A model generated the notes under the pieces. That model had not been told where the DNA came from. It saw nothing but the letters and a program-made list of their open reading frames with translations, and ran no database searches. Below are positions 20,479 through 31,858 of a DNA stretch of 64,000 bases, piece after piece. The position numbers were made by a program, and so were the translations under genes. This DNA comes from an uncultured Actinomycetes bacterium (GTDB taxonomy: Bacteria > Actinomycetota > Acidimicrobiia > IMCC26256 > DASPTH01): positions 953,524 through 1,017,523 of the forward strand of contig CAWIHV010000001.1 in assembly GCA_963835985.1 (NCBI GenBank), read 5' to 3'. Every line of letters begins with the position of its first letter. Within the stretch, counting starts at the first letter, position 1.

Positions 20479-20910
20479 GTGACCGTGCAGCACCGCGCCT
20501 GGATCGTCGTCGCGGTTGCATTCGGTGGTGCATTCGGCACGATCGCGCGCTACGAGCTCGCGCTGGCCGAGCCGCTGCAGAGCGGCCGGTTCCCCTGGGC
20601 AACGTTCACCGCCAACTTGGCGGGTTCGTTCGTGCTCGGGATCGTGGTGGTCGCGCTGGCCGAGACGCGGGGATCTCGCGGCGTGCTGCGGTCATTCGCC
20701 GCCGTCGGTTTCTGCGGCGGACTGACGACTTTCTCCACCTGGATGGTGGAGAGCGTGCTGCTGACGCGAGACGGGGACGCCGGTGTCGCCGCGCTGTACC
20801 TCCTCACGAGTCTGGTTGCGGGCTTCGCGGCCGTCGCTGCTGGGATCGTCGGGACCCGTCGCGCCCTCGGTCGGCCGGTGCCCGCGTTCGACCCGGAGCT
20901 CGACGACTGA
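20479..20910 (+). CDS. crcB: Fluoride channel Fluc/CrcB (copy 1)
   Basis: GGAFGTIARY, FPWATFTANLAGSF, GFCGGLTTFST. Confidence 0.92.
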   Translation: MTVQHRAWIVVAVAFGGAFGTIARYELALAEPLQSGRFPWATFTANLAGSFVLGIVVVALAETRGSRGVLRSFAAVGFCGGLTTFSTWMVESVLLTRDGDAGVAALYLLTSLVAGFAAVAAGIVGTRRALGRPVPAFDPELDD

Positions 20911-21275
20911 TGCTCGGATGGGTCGCGCTCGCGGGCGCGCTGGGCGCGCTCGCGCGCTACGGCGTGCACGGGTTGGTGCAGTCGCGGACTGCGTCGCAGT
21001 TCCCGTACGGCACGGTGGTCGTGAACCTCGCTGGTTCCTTCGTGCTCGGGCTGGTGGTCGGGTTGGCGACGTACCAAGGGCTCGACGCCGACGTGCGCAC
21101 GGTGGTGGGCACCGGCTTCATCGGGGCGTACACCACGTTCTCGTCGTTCTCGTACGACACGGTCGGGCTGCTCGAGGACGGTGCGACGTCAGCCGCGCTC
21201 GTCAACGCGCTGGGGAGCGTCGCGCTGGGACTGATCGCCGCGACCGCGGGGTTCGCGCTCGCCGGCGTGTTCTGA
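20910..21275 (+). CDS. crcB: Fluoride channel Fluc/CrcB (copy 2)
   Basis: GALGALARY, FPYGTVVVNLAGSF, GFIGAYTTFSS; TGATG-coupled. Confidence 0.93.
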   Translation: MLGWVALAGALGALARYGVHGLVQSRTASQFPYGTVVVNLAGSFVLGLVVGLATYQGLDADVRTVVGTGFIGAYTTFSSFSYDTVGLLEDGATSAALVNALGSVALGLIAATAGFALAGVF

Positions 21276-21278
21276 TCG

Positions 21279-22037
21279 TCAGGCGGCCGGGGCGTCGGCG
21301 GCGAACGCGGCCCCGAGCTGATCGGCGAGCGCGACCGCCACGAGACGCTGCTCGATCGAGACGCCGACGGAGAGGTCGGGGACGAGCACGAGACGACCGA
21401 ACGTCGTACCGCGTCCGAGCACCGGGATCGCGGCTCCCTGCTCAGGCAGGGTGTACTCGCCGCCGATCCAGTGACGGTGGTCGCCGGCGATCGCCCCGTT
21501 GCGCTCGAGCGCCGGCAGTTCGGACTGGAACGGCGGAGTCTCGTACCGGCAGTCGCGGAGCGAGAGCAGGCCGATCAGCTCGGCCTGCACCGAGAGGACG
21601 ACGTCCTCGGCGTCAGAGTCCGAAGCCACGAGCTCGGCGACGCGGTGCAGGCGAGTGATCTCGTCGCCGCGCTGCTCGGACGCTCGACGGTGCCGGCGCG
21701 AGTACGTGACGATCTCGGCCACGAGCAGGCCGATGATGAGCAGCAGAACCGTGGTCTCCACGTCGTCGGCGCTGTCGATCGTCAGTGACTGATAGGGGTG
21801 GGTGAAGAAGAAGTCGAACGACATGGCCGAGATGACCGCCGCGAGCGCGCCACTGACGCGCGTGCCGACGGTGGCTGCGAGCACCACGACCAGCACGAAG
21901 ATCAGCACGACGTTGGCCGCCGCCAGGTCGTCCCGGAACGGTACGAGGACGCCGGCGACGAGCAGCGGACCCAAGGCGGCGATCGCCAAGCCGACGGCTC
22001 GAGCAGCGTCATCAGGGAGTGGAGTGCGACGCGTCAT
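21279..22037 (-). CDS. Stand-alone KdpD-type membrane sensor (DUF4118) with GAF-like tail, no kinase
   Basis: 4 TM with FDFFFTHPYQSLTI; C-terminal IPVLGRGTTFGRLVL..AVALADQLGAA. Confidence 0.8.
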   Translation of the reverse strand: MTRRTPLPDDAARAVGLAIAALGPLLVAGVLVPFRDDLAAANVVLIFVLVVVLAATVGTRVSGALAAVISAMSFDFFFTHPYQSLTIDSADDVETTVLLLIIGLLVAEIVTYSRRHRRASEQRGDEITRLHRVAELVASDSDAEDVVLSVQAELIGLLSLRDCRYETPPFQSELPALERNGAIAGDHRHWIGGEYTLPEQGAAIPVLGRGTTFGRLVLVPDLSVGVSIEQRLVAVALADQLGAAFAADAPAA

Positions 22038-22080
22038 GTCTCCGGTATACGCCTCGCCGGCGGCCATGGACATCCACGCG

Positions 22081-22120
22081 GCGTCAAGGTTCCGGGCCCG
22101 GCCGTCAAGAAGACATCAAG
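22081..22120 (+). promoter_or_regulatory. Putative KdpE-binding direct repeats
   Basis: TCAAG at 22084, 22105 and 22116 (21- and 11-bp spacing) upstream of the kdp operon. Confidence 0.5.
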
Positions 22121-22212
22121 ACCCTGTTCGGACGCGTGTCGCCGCCGTATACCGGTTCGAGGCGGCAGTCGACCGCCGTCGGGGTTCCGAGGAAGAAGCG
22201 AGAGGTCCGAGC

Positions 22213-22362
22213 ATGGCTGACGTGTTGGTCGTGGTGACGGTGTTGGCGTTCTTCGCGTTGTGCGTGGCGCTGGTGTGGGGATGCGACCGCATCATCGGAC
22301 CCGACGAGCACGACCTCCTCGACGACACCGTCGCCGACGTGCCCGCGGAGGTCGTCGGCTGA
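22213..22362 (+). CDS. Small single-TM peptide upstream of kdpF
   Basis: [31 protein letters not shown]..., GAGG RBS, stop overlaps the kdpF ATG. Confidence 0.75.
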   Translation: MADVLVVVTVLAFFALCVALVWGCDRIIGPDEHDLLDDTVADVPAEVVG

Positions 22363-22451
22363 TGAACGCCGAGAACATCGTCGGCTTGATCCTCGCCGTG
22401 CTGCTGGCCGTCTACCTGTTCGCCGCCCTCCTGTTCCCCGAGCGGTTCTGA
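22362..22451 (+). CDS. kdpF: K+-transporting ATPase subunit F
   Basis: [29 protein letters not shown]. Confidence 0.93.
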   Translation: MNAENIVGLILAVLLAVYLFAALLFPERF

Positions 22452-24169
22452 TGACCCTCGCCGCGTGGGGTCAACTCATCGCGCTGATCGTGCTCCTCGC
22501 GGTCACCGCGCCGCCGTTGGGCCGCTACATCGCGCACGTGTACGAAGGTGGGCCGTCGCGACTCGACCGCGTCTTCGGCCCGGTCGAGCGGTTCGTCTAC
22601 CGGCTCTGCCGCATCGATCCGGAGCGCGAGCAACGCTGGAACGTCTACGCACTGTCGTTCCTGGCGTTCAGTGTCGTGGGCGTGCTGCTGCTCTACGTGA
22701 TGCAGCGACTCCAGGGCGACCTGCCGTTCAACCCGACCGACATGGTGAACGTCACGCCCGCGCTCGCGTTCAACACGGCGGTGAGCTTCGTCAGCAACAC
22801 CAACTGGCAGAACTATGGCGGCGAGGCGACGCTGAGCCACCTCACGCAGATGGTGGGACTCACCGTCCAGAACTTCGTGTCCGCCGCGGCGGGGATGGCG
22901 GTCATGGTCGCGCTGATCCGGGGACTCTCCCGGGCCGGGCGCCGCACCGTCGGCAACTTCTGGGTCGACCTCATCCGCACCGCGCTGCGCATCCTGCTGC
23001 CGGTTGCGTTCGTGTTCGCAGTCGTACTCATCGCCACGGGCGTGATCCAGAACCTCCACGGCTTCACCGACGTGCACACGGTGGCCGGTGCCACGCAGAA
23101 GATCCCGGGTGGGCCGGTGGCCAGCCAGGAGTCGATCAAGATGCTCGGCACCAACGGTGGCGGGTTCTTCAACGTGAACTCCGCGCACCCGTTCGAGAAC
23201 CCGACGAAGCTCAGCGACTTCCTCGAGATCTACTCGATCCTCCTCATCCCGTTCGCCCTCGCGTTCACCTTTGGGCGCATGGTCAAGGACAAGCGCCAGG
23301 GCTACGCCGTGGTCGCGGTGATGGCCGTCCTCTGGTTCGGTGCCGCGGTCACCCTCCAGTACCTCGAGACGGGTGGGAACGAGAAGCTCGACGCGCAAGG
23401 CGTGACCCAGACGGTGACGGGAACGTCGCCGGGCGGCAACCTCGAGGGCAAGGAGCTGCGCAACGGCGCAGCCGCGTCCGCGCTGTGGGGATCGTCGACC
23501 ACAGGGACCTCCAACGGCTCGGTCAACTCGATGCACGACAGCTACACGCCGGCCGGTGGCCTCGTCGCCATGGTCAACATGAAGCTCGGCGAGATGAGCC
23601 CGGGAGGTGTCGGCGTCGGGCTCAACGGTCTCCTCGTGATGGCGATCCTCGCCGTGTTCATCGCCGGCCTCATGGTCGGGCGAACCCCCGAATACCTGGG
23701 CAAGAAGATCCAGGCCTCCGACGTGAAGCTCGTCGCCATCTACATCCTTGTGATGCCCCTGGTGGTGCTCGGGTTCACTGCCGGCTCCGTGTTCGTCGGG
23801 TCGGTCAAGGACACGTCGATCTTCAACCCGGGCGCCCACGGGTTCAGCGAGCTGCTGTACGCGTTCACCTCGGCCGGCAACAACAACGGATCCGCGTTCG
23901 CCGGGCTCACGGGCAACACGGCGTGGATGAACAGCACGCTGGCGATCGCGATGCTGTTCGGACGCTTCTTCCTGATGATCCCGACGCTCGCGCTGGCCGG
24001 TTCGCTGGTGCGGAAGCAGCGGGTGCCACCGTCGGCGGGGACGTTCCCGACGCACACTCCGCTGTTCGTCGTGCTGGTGATCGGCGTGATCGTGATCGTC
24101 GGCGCCCTCACCTTCCTCCCGTCCCTGGCGCTCGGCCCCATCGTCGAGCAGCTCAAGATCCTCCACTGA
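22451..24169 (+). CDS. kdpA: K+-transporting ATPase subunit A
   Basis: [48 protein letters not shown]. Confidence 0.98.
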   Translation: MTLAAWGQLIALIVLLAVTAPPLGRYIAHVYEGGPSRLDRVFGPVERFVYRLCRIDPEREQRWNVYALSFLAFSVVGVLLLYVMQRLQGDLPFNPTDMVNVTPALAFNTAVSFVSNTNWQNYGGEATLSHLTQMVGLTVQNFVSAAAGMAVMVALIRGLSRAGRRTVGNFWVDLIRTALRILLPVAFVFAVVLIATGVIQNLHGFTDVHTVAGATQKIPGGPVASQESIKMLGTNGGGFFNVNSAHPFENPTKLSDFLEIYSILLIPFALAFTFGRMVKDKRQGYAVVAVMAVLWFGAAVTLQYLETGGNEKLDAQGVTQTVTGTSPGGNLEGKELRNGAAASALWGSSTTGTSNGSVNSMHDSYTPAGGLVAMVNMKLGEMSPGGVGVGLNGLLVMAILAVFIAGLMVGRTPEYLGKKIQASDVKLVAIYILVMPLVVLGFTAGSVFVGSVKDTSIFNPGAHGFSELLYAFTSAGNNNGSAFAGLTGNTAWMNSTLAIAMLFGRFFLMIPTLALAGSLVRKQRVPPSAGTFPTHTPLFVVLVIGVIVIVGALTFLPSLALGPIVEQLKILH

Positions 24170-24181
24170 GCACCGGAGCTG

Positions 24182-26254
24182 ATGTCGATGACCGACGAGA
24201 AGCGCAAGCTGGTCGAACCGGAGATCCTGAAGCGGGCGGTCGGCGACAGCATCCTCAAGCTCAACCCGCGGACCCTGATGAAGAACCCGGTCATGTTCGT
24301 GGTCGGTGTCGGGTCGGTCCTCACCACGATCCTCTTCTTCAAGGACCTGGGCACGTCTTCGCATGACGAGAACGTGTTCGCCGGCCTCGTGGCGCTGTTC
24401 CTCTGGTTCACCGTGCTCTTCGCCAACTTCGCCGAAGCCGTGGCCGAGGGCCGGGGCAAGGCCCAAGCCGACACGTTGCGCAAGACGCGCGCGGAGACGG
24501 TCGCCCGACGTCGCGTGGCCAAGGGGATCGAAGACAGCCTCCTCGAGGAGGTACCGAGCACCGCGCTCGACCTCGGTGACGAGGTCGTGGTGACCGCCGG
24601 CGAAGTGATCCCGAGCGACGGCGAGATCATCGAGGGCATCGCCAGCGTCGACGAGTCGGCGATCACCGGCGAGTCCGCACCGGTGATCCGGGAGTCGGGC
24701 GGCGACCGCTCGGCCGTCACCGGCGGCACCCGTGTCCTGTCCGACGAGATCGTGGTGCGCATCACCGCGCGGCCCGGTGAGACGTTCATCGACCGGATGA
24801 TCGCCCTCGTCGAAGGCTCCGAACGCAAGAAGACGCCGAACGAGATCGCGCTCAACATCCTGTTGGCCGGGCTCACGATCATCTTCCTGCTGGCGACCGT
24901 GACGTTGCAGCCGTTCGCGATCTACGCCGACGCCGAGCAGAGCGTCGTGGTGCTGGTGGCGCTGCTGGTCTGCCTGATCCCGACGACCATCGGCGGCCTG
25001 CTCTCGGCCATCGGCATCGCGGGCATGGATCGGCTCGTGCGCCGCAACGTGCTCGCGATGAGCGGTCGCGCCGTCGAAGCCGCCGGCGACTGCGCCACGC
25101 TGCTCCTCGACAAGACCGGCACCATCACCTTCGGCAACCGGCAGGCCGACGCGTTTCTCCCGGTCGACGGCGTGAGTGATCAGGACCTTGCCGACGCGGC
25201 CCAGTTGTCGAGCCTGGCCGACGAGACGCCCGAGGGACGCTCGATCGTCGTGCTGGCCAAGGATCGCTACGGGCTGCGCGAGCGCGAGCTCGTCGGTGCC
25301 GAGCTCATCGCCTTCACCGCGCAGACCCGCATGAGCGGCGTCGACATCGGCGGTCGTTCGGTGCGCAAGGGCGCGGCCGACTCGGTGCGACGCTGGGTGG
25401 AGGAGCAGGGCGGCACCGTCTCGCCCGAGCTCGGCCACGCCGTCGACTCGATCTCGGCGCAGGGCGGCACGCCGCTCGTGGTGGCCGAATCGGGCGTCGG
25501 GACGACGCCCCGGGCACTGGGTGTGATCTACCTCAAGGACATCGTGAAGCCCGGCATCGCCGAGCGCTTCGCCGACCTCCGACGCATGGGGATCCGGACA
25601 GTGATGATCACCGGCGACAACCCGCGCACCGCGGCGGTGATCGCGCAGGAGGCCGGGGTCGACGACTTCCTGGCCGAGGCGACGCCCGAGGACAAGATGG
25701 AGCTGATCAAGGCCGAGCAGCGCGGCGGCCACCTGGTCGCGATGACCGGCGACGGCACCAACGACGCGCCCGCGCTCGCGCAGGCCGACGTCGGCGTGGC
25801 CATGAACACCGGCACCCAGGCGGCCAAGGAAGCCGGGAACATGGTCGATCTCGACTCCGATCCGACGAAGCTCATCGACATCGTCGAGATCGGCAAGCAG
25901 CTGCTCATCACCCGCGGCTCGTTGACGACGTTCTCGATCGCCAACGACGTGGCGAAGTACTTCGCCATCATCCCGGCGATGTTCGCCGGCTTCGCGAGCG
26001 TGAGCGTCCTCAACGACCTGAACGTGATGGACCTGCAGAGCCCACGGTCGGCGATCCTCTCGGCGGTGATCTTCAACGCCCTGATCATCGTGATGCTGAT
26101 CCCGCTCGCGTTGCGCGGCGTGAAGTTCGTCCCGAGCGGCGCCGCCCAGCTGCTGCGCCGGAATCTCCTGATCTACGGAGCAGGCGGTGTCATCGCACCC
26201 TTCATCGGGATCAAGCTCATCGACATCGTGCTCACTGCCCTGGGGGTGAAGTGA
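24182..26254 (+). CDS. kdpB: K+-transporting ATPase subunit B
   Basis: [23 protein letters not shown]. Confidence 0.98.
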   Translation: MSMTDEKRKLVEPEILKRAVGDSILKLNPRTLMKNPVMFVVGVGSVLTTILFFKDLGTSSHDENVFAGLVALFLWFTVLFANFAEAVAEGRGKAQADTLRKTRAETVARRRVAKGIEDSLLEEVPSTALDLGDEVVVTAGEVIPSDGEIIEGIASVDESAITGESAPVIRESGGDRSAVTGGTRVLSDEIVVRITARPGETFIDRMIALVEGSERKKTPNEIALNILLAGLTIIFLLATVTLQPFAIYADAEQSVVVLVALLVCLIPTTIGGLLSAIGIAGMDRLVRRNVLAMSGRAVEAAGDCATLLLDKTGTITFGNRQADAFLPVDGVSDQDLADAAQLSSLADETPEGRSIVVLAKDRYGLRERELVGAELIAFTAQTRMSGVDIGGRSVRKGAADSVRRWVEEQGGTVSPELGHAVDSISAQGGTPLVVAESGVGTTPRALGVIYLKDIVKPGIAERFADLRRMGIRTVMITGDNPRTAAVIAQEAGVDDFLAEATPEDKMELIKAEQRGGHLVAMTGDGTNDAPALAQADVGVAMNTGTQAAKEAGNMVDLDSDPTKLIDIVEIGKQLLITRGSLTTFSIANDVAKYFAIIPAMFAGFASVSVLNDLNVMDLQSPRSAILSAVIFNALIIVMLIPLALRGVKFVPSGAAQLLRRNLLIYGAGGVIAPFIGIKLIDIVLTALGVK

Positions 26255-26874
26255 TGCGTCGCCAACTCGTCCCAGCCGTCATCGCGATGGTGGTGTTCAC
26301 CGTCCTGTTCGGGCTGGTGTTCCCCCTCGTGATCACCGGCATCGGACAGCTCGTCTTCCACGACAAGGCCGAGGGCTCGATCGTGGAGCAGCACGGCCAG
26401 AAGATCGGTTCGTCGCTCATCGGCCAGGCCTTCACCGACGCCAAGGGCACGCCGATCGCGAAGTACTTCCAGTCACGGCCGTCGGCGGCCCTCGGTGCGT
26501 CCGGTGATACGAAGGCGGGCTACGACCCCACCTACAGCAGCGGCTCGAACTTCGGCCCGACGAATCCCGACTTCCTGAAGCTGGTGGGCGACCGGGTGAA
26601 GGCGTACCGGAAGCTCAACGGTCTCGCAGCCGGCGTCGAGGTCCCCGTCGACGCGGTCACCGCGTCGGCCTCCGGGCTCGACCCCGACATCTCGGTGGCG
26701 AACGCCCGGCTGCAGGCGGCACGCGTCGCACGCGAACGCGGCCTCAGCGTTGGGTCGGTGCGACGCGCGATCGACGACAACACGTCGGATCGCACGCTGG
26801 GCGTCCTCGGCGAGCAGACGGTCAACGTGCTCGCGCTCAACCGGGCGCTCGACCAACTGTCGGCCTCGAAGTGA
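26254..26874 (+). CDS. kdpC: K+-transporting ATPase subunit C
   Basis: [34 protein letters not shown]. Confidence 0.97.
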   Translation: MRRQLVPAVIAMVVFTVLFGLVFPLVITGIGQLVFHDKAEGSIVEQHGQKIGSSLIGQAFTDAKGTPIAKYFQSRPSAALGASGDTKAGYDPTYSSGSNFGPTNPDFLKLVGDRVKAYRKLNGLAAGVEVPVDAVTASASGLDPDISVANARLQAARVARERGLSVGSVRRAIDDNTSDRTLGVLGEQTVNVLALNRALDQLSASK

Positions 26875-26891
26875 CACCGTAGGCTCGGGTC

Positions 26892-29408
26892 ATGGCGCGA
26901 GGGACGCTCCGCATCTACCTCGGCGCCGCGCCCGGCGTGGGCAAGACGTTCGCGATGCTCAACGAGGGTCGGCGGCGCGACAGCCGCGGCACCGACGTCG
27001 TCGTCGGCTTCGTCGAGACCCACGGCCGACCGAACACCCAGGCCCAGATCGGTGACCTCGAGGTCGTCCCCCGACGCACGATGACGCATCGCGGTGCGCA
27101 ATTCGAGGAGATGGACGTCGACGCGGTGATCGCCCGCAAGCCGGAGGTCGCGCTGGTCGACGAGCTCGCGCACACCAACGTGCCCGGCTCGCGCAACGAA
27201 AAGCGGTGGCAGGACGTCGAGGAGATCCTCGACGCCGGGATCGACGTGATCTCGACGGTCAACGTGCAGCACCTCGAGTCGATGAACGACGTGGTCGAGG
27301 AGATCACCGGCATCAAGCAACGCGAGACGATCCCCGACTCGGTGGTGCGAGCAGCCGACCAGATCGAGATCGTCGACATGACGCCGCAGGCGCTGCGTCG
27401 GCGGATGGCGCACGGCAACATCTACCCGGCGGAGAAGGTCGACGCGTCGCTGGCGAACTACTTCCGCGAGGGCAACCTCGGCGCGCTGCGCGAGCTCGCG
27501 TTGATGTGGGTGGCCGACCGGGTCGACGAAGCCCTGGCCGTGTACCGCGAAACCCACGGGATCGCACGGCCGTGGGAGACGCGCGAGCGGGTCGTCGTCG
27601 CGATCACCGGCGCGCCGGGCGGCGACGACGTGATCCGTCGCGCCGGCGCGGATGGCTGCCCGCGCCGCGGCAGCCAGCTGCTCGGGGTCCACGTGCGATC
27701 CGCCGACGGCCTGCGCGGCACCGACCGGTGACGCACTCGGCGTGCAGCGCGCGCTGCTGCAGGAGCTCGGCGGGGAATACCACGAACTGGCCAGCGCCGA
27801 CCCGGCGGGCACGCTCGTGCAGTTCGCCCGGGCCGAGAACGCCACGCAGATCGTGCTCGGTGCGAGCCGTCAGTCGCGCTGGTCCCACTTGCTGCGCGGC
27901 TCGGTGGTCAACAACGTGCTCCGGGCCTCGGGTGACATCGACGTCCACGTGATCTCGTCCGACCCCGAGCGCGACGACGTGGAGCGCGAGGCGGTCGAGG
28001 TGGCTCGCCGTCGGCCTCGGGGGGCGGTGTTGTCGCCGCGCCGCCGGATCTTGGCCTGGATCCTGGCGATCCTGGCGCCGCCACTCCTCACGCTCGTGCT
28101 GGCGAACGTGCGGGACACGCTCTCGCTCCCCAGCGACCTGCTGATGTTCCTCCTAGTGGTCGTGGTGGTGGCGGCGCTCGGCGGCTTCGTGCCCGCGTTC
28201 GTGTGCGCGATCACCGGTTTCCTCCTCGCAAATTGGTACTTCACGCCGCCGTACTACGAGCTGACGATCTCGGAAGGCGAGAACCTCGTCGCGCTGGTGA
28301 TCTTCCTCCTCGTGGGAGGCGTGGTCAGCCTCCTCGTCGCCACTGCGTCGCGCCGCACCGCCGACGCGGCACGCGCCCGCGCCGAAGCCGAGACCCTCGC
28401 CGCGTTGAGCGGGACGCTCTCGGCGTCGGACGACCCGCTCCCGCAGCTCGTGGGCCAGCTGAGCGTCGCCTTCGACGCCGCACGCGTCGCGGTGCTCGAG
28501 CGAAGGTACCGACGACACGTGGACGGTGCTCGCCGCCGCCGGGGACGTCGTGCCGGCGAGTCCCGACGACGCCGACGTGGTCGTGCCCTTGCACGGCACC
28601 GAGGTCCTGGTGCTCTCGGGTGACACGCTCGGGCGACGACGACCGCGAGGTGCTCAAGGCGTTTGCCGGTCAGGTGGCGATCGCGGTGCAGCAGCGTGAG
28701 CTGCGGGCCGACGCCGAACGCGCCGAGGGTCTGGCCGAAGCCAACGAGCTCCGAACGGCCCTGCTCGCCGCCGTCTCCCACGACCTGCGCACACCGCTGT
28801 CGTCGATCAAGGCGGCGGTGACCAGTCTCCTGCAGCGCGACGTCGACTTCACCCCTTCGGCGACGCGTGAGCTGCTCGAGACGATCGACGAGGGCTCCGA
28901 CCGGTTGAACCACCTGGTCGGCAACCTGCTCGACATGAGCCGGCTGCAGACTGGCGCGCTGCAGCTCATGATGCGCGACGTCGGCCTCGACGAGGTGCTC
29001 CCAGTGGCGATCGCAGGCTTGACCGACGCCGATCGCGTCGACGTCGACGTCGACGAGACCTTGCCGCGCGTGCATGCCGACGCGGCCCTGCTCGAACGGG
29101 TCATCGCCAACGTCGTCGAGAACGCGATCGCCTGGTCACCCGCCGACGCTCGTGTGCGCGTCGAGGCGTGCGTGGCCCAGCACCGCGTGGAGCTCCAAGT
29201 GGTCGACCGTGGCCCGGGCATCCCACCCGATCGACGCGAGGACGTGTTCCGCCCGTTCCAGCGCATGGGTGACCGGTCGAACGGCAGCGGTGTCGGCCTG
29301 GGGCTCGCGGTGGCGCGAGGCTTCGTCGAGGCCATGGGGGGTCGCATCGTGGTGGAGGACACGCCCGGAGGCGGGGTCACCATGGTGATCAGCCTGGAGG
29401 CCGCGTGA
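26892..29408 (+). CDS. kdpD: Sensor histidine kinase KdpD (frameshifts at about 27650-27730, 28510 and 28625)
   Basis: GAAPGVGKT, DELAHTN, USP, DUF4118 TMs, SHDLRTPL, DRGPGIP, GLGLAVA. Confidence 0.93.
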
Positions 29409-30103
29409 CCCGCGTGCTCGTGGTCGACGACGAACCCCAGATCCTGCGTGCGCTCGGCATCAACCTGCGCGCACGGGGCTACGAGGTCGATCTCGCGCCC
29501 GACGGCGAGCACGCACTGACCCTGGCGGCCAGCCACCATCCCGACGTCGTGGTGCTCGACCTCGGGTTGCCCGGCATCGACGGCGTCGACGTGATCCGTG
29601 GCCTCCGCGGGTGGAGCACGGTGCCGATCGTGGTGCTGTCGGTGCGCGACGGCGAACCCGACAAGGTCGCCGCGCTCGACGCCGGCGCCGACGACTACGT
29701 GACCAAACCGTTCGGCATGGACGAGCTGATGGCGCGACTGCGTGCCGCGCTCCGGCGCGCCGCGCCGGCCGAGGAGGCGCCGGTCGTCGTGACCCCCGAC
29801 TTCACCATCGACCTCAGCGCCAAGCGCGTGCACCGGCGCGGTCAGGAGGGCGAGGACGAGGTGCGGCTCACGCCGACGGAGTGGCACATGGTGGAGGTGC
29901 TCGTGCGCAACGAGGGCAAGCTCGTGTCCCAGCGCCAATTGCTCCAAGAGGTGTGGGGCCCCGAGTACCACGACGAGACCGCGTACCTCCGCGTCCACAT
30001 GGCCAACGTGCGACGGAAGCTGGAGCCCGAGCCCAGCAAGCCGCGCTACTTCCACACGGAACCCGGTATGGGCTACCGCTTCGAGTCGACCGTCACCACG
30101 TAG
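29405..30103 (+). CDS. kdpE: Response regulator KdpE (OmpR family)
   Basis: VVDDEPQI, LDLGLP, DDYVTKPF, YLRVHMANVRRKLE, TEPGMGYRF. Confidence 0.96.
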   Translation: MTRVLVVDDEPQILRALGINLRARGYEVDLAPDGEHALTLAASHHPDVVVLDLGLPGIDGVDVIRGLRGWSTVPIVVLSVRDGEPDKVAALDAGADDYVTKPFGMDELMARLRAALRRAAPAEEAPVVVTPDFTIDLSAKRVHRRGQEGEDEVRLTPTEWHMVEVLVRNEGKLVSQRQLLQEVWGPEYHDETAYLRVHMANVRRKLEPEPSKPRYFHTEPGMGYRFESTVTT

Positions 30104-30664
30104 TCGCCGCCATCCAGGAACGGCGCGCGGTCCCACGTGGCGAACCGGGTGACCGGCTCGAGTCCGGCGGCCGCGGCAGCGGCGTCGTACTCCGCGAGCG
30201 AGAGACGGCCGGTGAGCTGGAAACCGGCGATGACCAACCCGCCGGGCTCCGCACGCGCGGCGACGTTCGCCAGGACGTCGGCTTCGGTGCCCTGAGCGAC
30301 GAAGATCATCACGTTGCCCGCGAGCACCGCTGCCGCGAACGGGCCGGGCGCGGTCGTGCCGGGGAGGGCGGCGAGGTCGCCGAGATGCCATTCGAGGTCG
30401 GGGGCCTTGGCCCGCGCCCGGTCGAGGAGCGCGGGATCGACGTCGATCCCGACCGTCGCGTACCCCTGTCGGGCCAATTCGACCGCCACTCGTCCGGTGC
30501 CACACCCCGCATCGAGCACCGGGCCGGGAGGATCGACCAGGGCGGCGACGAGGGTGGCTTCACCGTGCACGTCGGAGCCCGCAGCCGGCGAGCTCCTCCC
30601 ACTGCCGGTCGTAGCGGTCGGGGGTCAGTGGCACCCGGCGGATGCCCGGCTCAGTGCCGTCCAC
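30073..30664 (-). CDS. Class I SAM-dependent methyltransferase (N-terminal frameshift at about 30585)
   Basis: HGEA, VLDAGCGTGRVA, LAGNVMIF; upstream frame YDRQWEELA. Confidence 0.85.
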
Positions 30665-30813
30665 GGACGAGAGTCCACCACGGTTCGGTGGCGTCGGTCA
30701 CACGCGGGGACGAGTCGCCCGAAATGCGTCAAGAAACCGGCGTCGAAGGCCGTTGACCAGCAGGAACGCGGGACCCGGGCTGTGGGGACCCGCATGGCCA
30801 GGGGGCCTCGGAT

Positions 30814-31137
30814 ATGGCGCAGACGACGGTGTTCTCCTGTTCCATCGCCCGGCACGCCGGTGACGTGGACATCGAGGTGATCGGTGCGATGGACCGGAGC
30901 TCAGCAGGGCAGTTCCGCAACCAGCTCCTCACGCTGGCGAAAGAGCACCCGGCGACGATCGCCATCCACATGGATGACCTCGCGCTGATGGACTCGTCGT
31001 GCGTGGCCGTGCTGGTGGAGGCGTGGCGCTTCGCCGAGGAGCACGGGATCGCGCTCACCGTGAAGTCGCCGGCGGCGTCGATCCGTCAGGTGTTCGACGT
31101 GGCCGAATCGGGTCGCCTCCTCACTTTGCGGCACTGA
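30814..31137 (+). CDS. STAS-domain anti-sigma factor antagonist
   Basis: GAMD..LALMDSS..L motif, 107 aa. Confidence 0.85.
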   Translation: MAQTTVFSCSIARHAGDVDIEVIGAMDRSSAGQFRNQLLTLAKEHPATIAIHMDDLALMDSSCVAVLVEAWRFAEEHGIALTVKSPAASIRQVFDVAESGRLLTLRH

Positions 31138-31206
31138 CCGGGAACTTTCCCGCCCCTGGGGTCGACTCATCGCTCGACACCGGTTCACAAGAGGGGTGGG
31201 AGATCA

Positions 31207-31755
31207 GTGAGGAAGATTCGTCTCGTCGTGCTCGCCGCGCTCGTCGCGGGCGTGGTTGCCATGGCTGCGCTTCCAGCCGCTGCGCACGTGAGCATCACGC
31301 CGTCGAGCGCGCCCAAGGGCGGGTTCGAGGTCCTGAGCTTCAACGTGCCCAACGAGGAGCAGGGCGCCAACACGGTGAAGCTCGAGGTCACGTTCCCGAC
31401 CAAGAACCCCATCGCGTCAGTGAGCTACCTGCCGATGGCCGGGTGGGACGTCGCGGTGGAGACGACGAAGCTGGCCAAGCCGGTGCAGTCGGACGACGGC
31501 GAGGTCACCGAAGCGGTGTCGAAGATCACCTGGACCGCCACCGCCGGCGGGCTCGCGCCCGGCCAGTTCGAGCTCTTCACCATCTCGGCGGGTCCACTTC
31601 CGACCAAGCCCAACAAGCTGACGTTCAAGGCGATCCAGACCTACGACAACGGCGAGGTCGTGAGCTGGATCCAGCAGACGGTGAAGGGCGCACCCGAACC
31701 CGAGCATCCCGCTCCCACCCTCACGCTCACGAAGGCGGAAGCGGATCACCACTGA
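31207..31755 (+). CDS. YcnI (DUF1775) family secreted copper-binding protein
   Basis: Signal peptide AAA-HV, FNVPNE, ITW, FKAIQTYDNGEVVSW, EHPAP. Confidence 0.9.
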   Translation: MRKIRLVVLAALVAGVVAMAALPAAAHVSITPSSAPKGGFEVLSFNVPNEEQGANTVKLEVTFPTKNPIASVSYLPMAGWDVAVETTKLAKPVQSDDGEVTEAVSKITWTATAGGLAPGQFELFTISAGPLPTKPNKLTFKAIQTYDNGEVVSWIQQTVKGAPEPEHPAPTLTLTKAEADHH

Positions 31756-31858
31756 CTCGCGACACCCGGGCGAGGATCCGGCTTCGCCGGGCCTCGCCCG
31801 CAGGGACGGAGCGAACGGCAGTGAGCGAGGGAGGCAGGGCGTGTGGTGAGATGCCCGG

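Noticed and set aside
20460-20480. Fluoride riboswitch before crcB
   Set aside because: Only 10 nt of intergenic space and no consensus seen.
22040-22212. c-di-AMP (ydaO) riboswitch before kdp
   Set aside because: No recognisable consensus by eye.
22412-25732. 1106-aa minus-strand ORF (and similar long antisense ORFs at 9462-11453, 31727-33997, 28670-30505)
   Set aside because: Antisense shadows of high-GC3 genes such as kdpAB; no motifs.
26892-29408. Naturally split kdpD or programmed frameshifting
   Set aside because: Breaks fall mid-domain, lack slippery sites and match the window-wide indel pattern.
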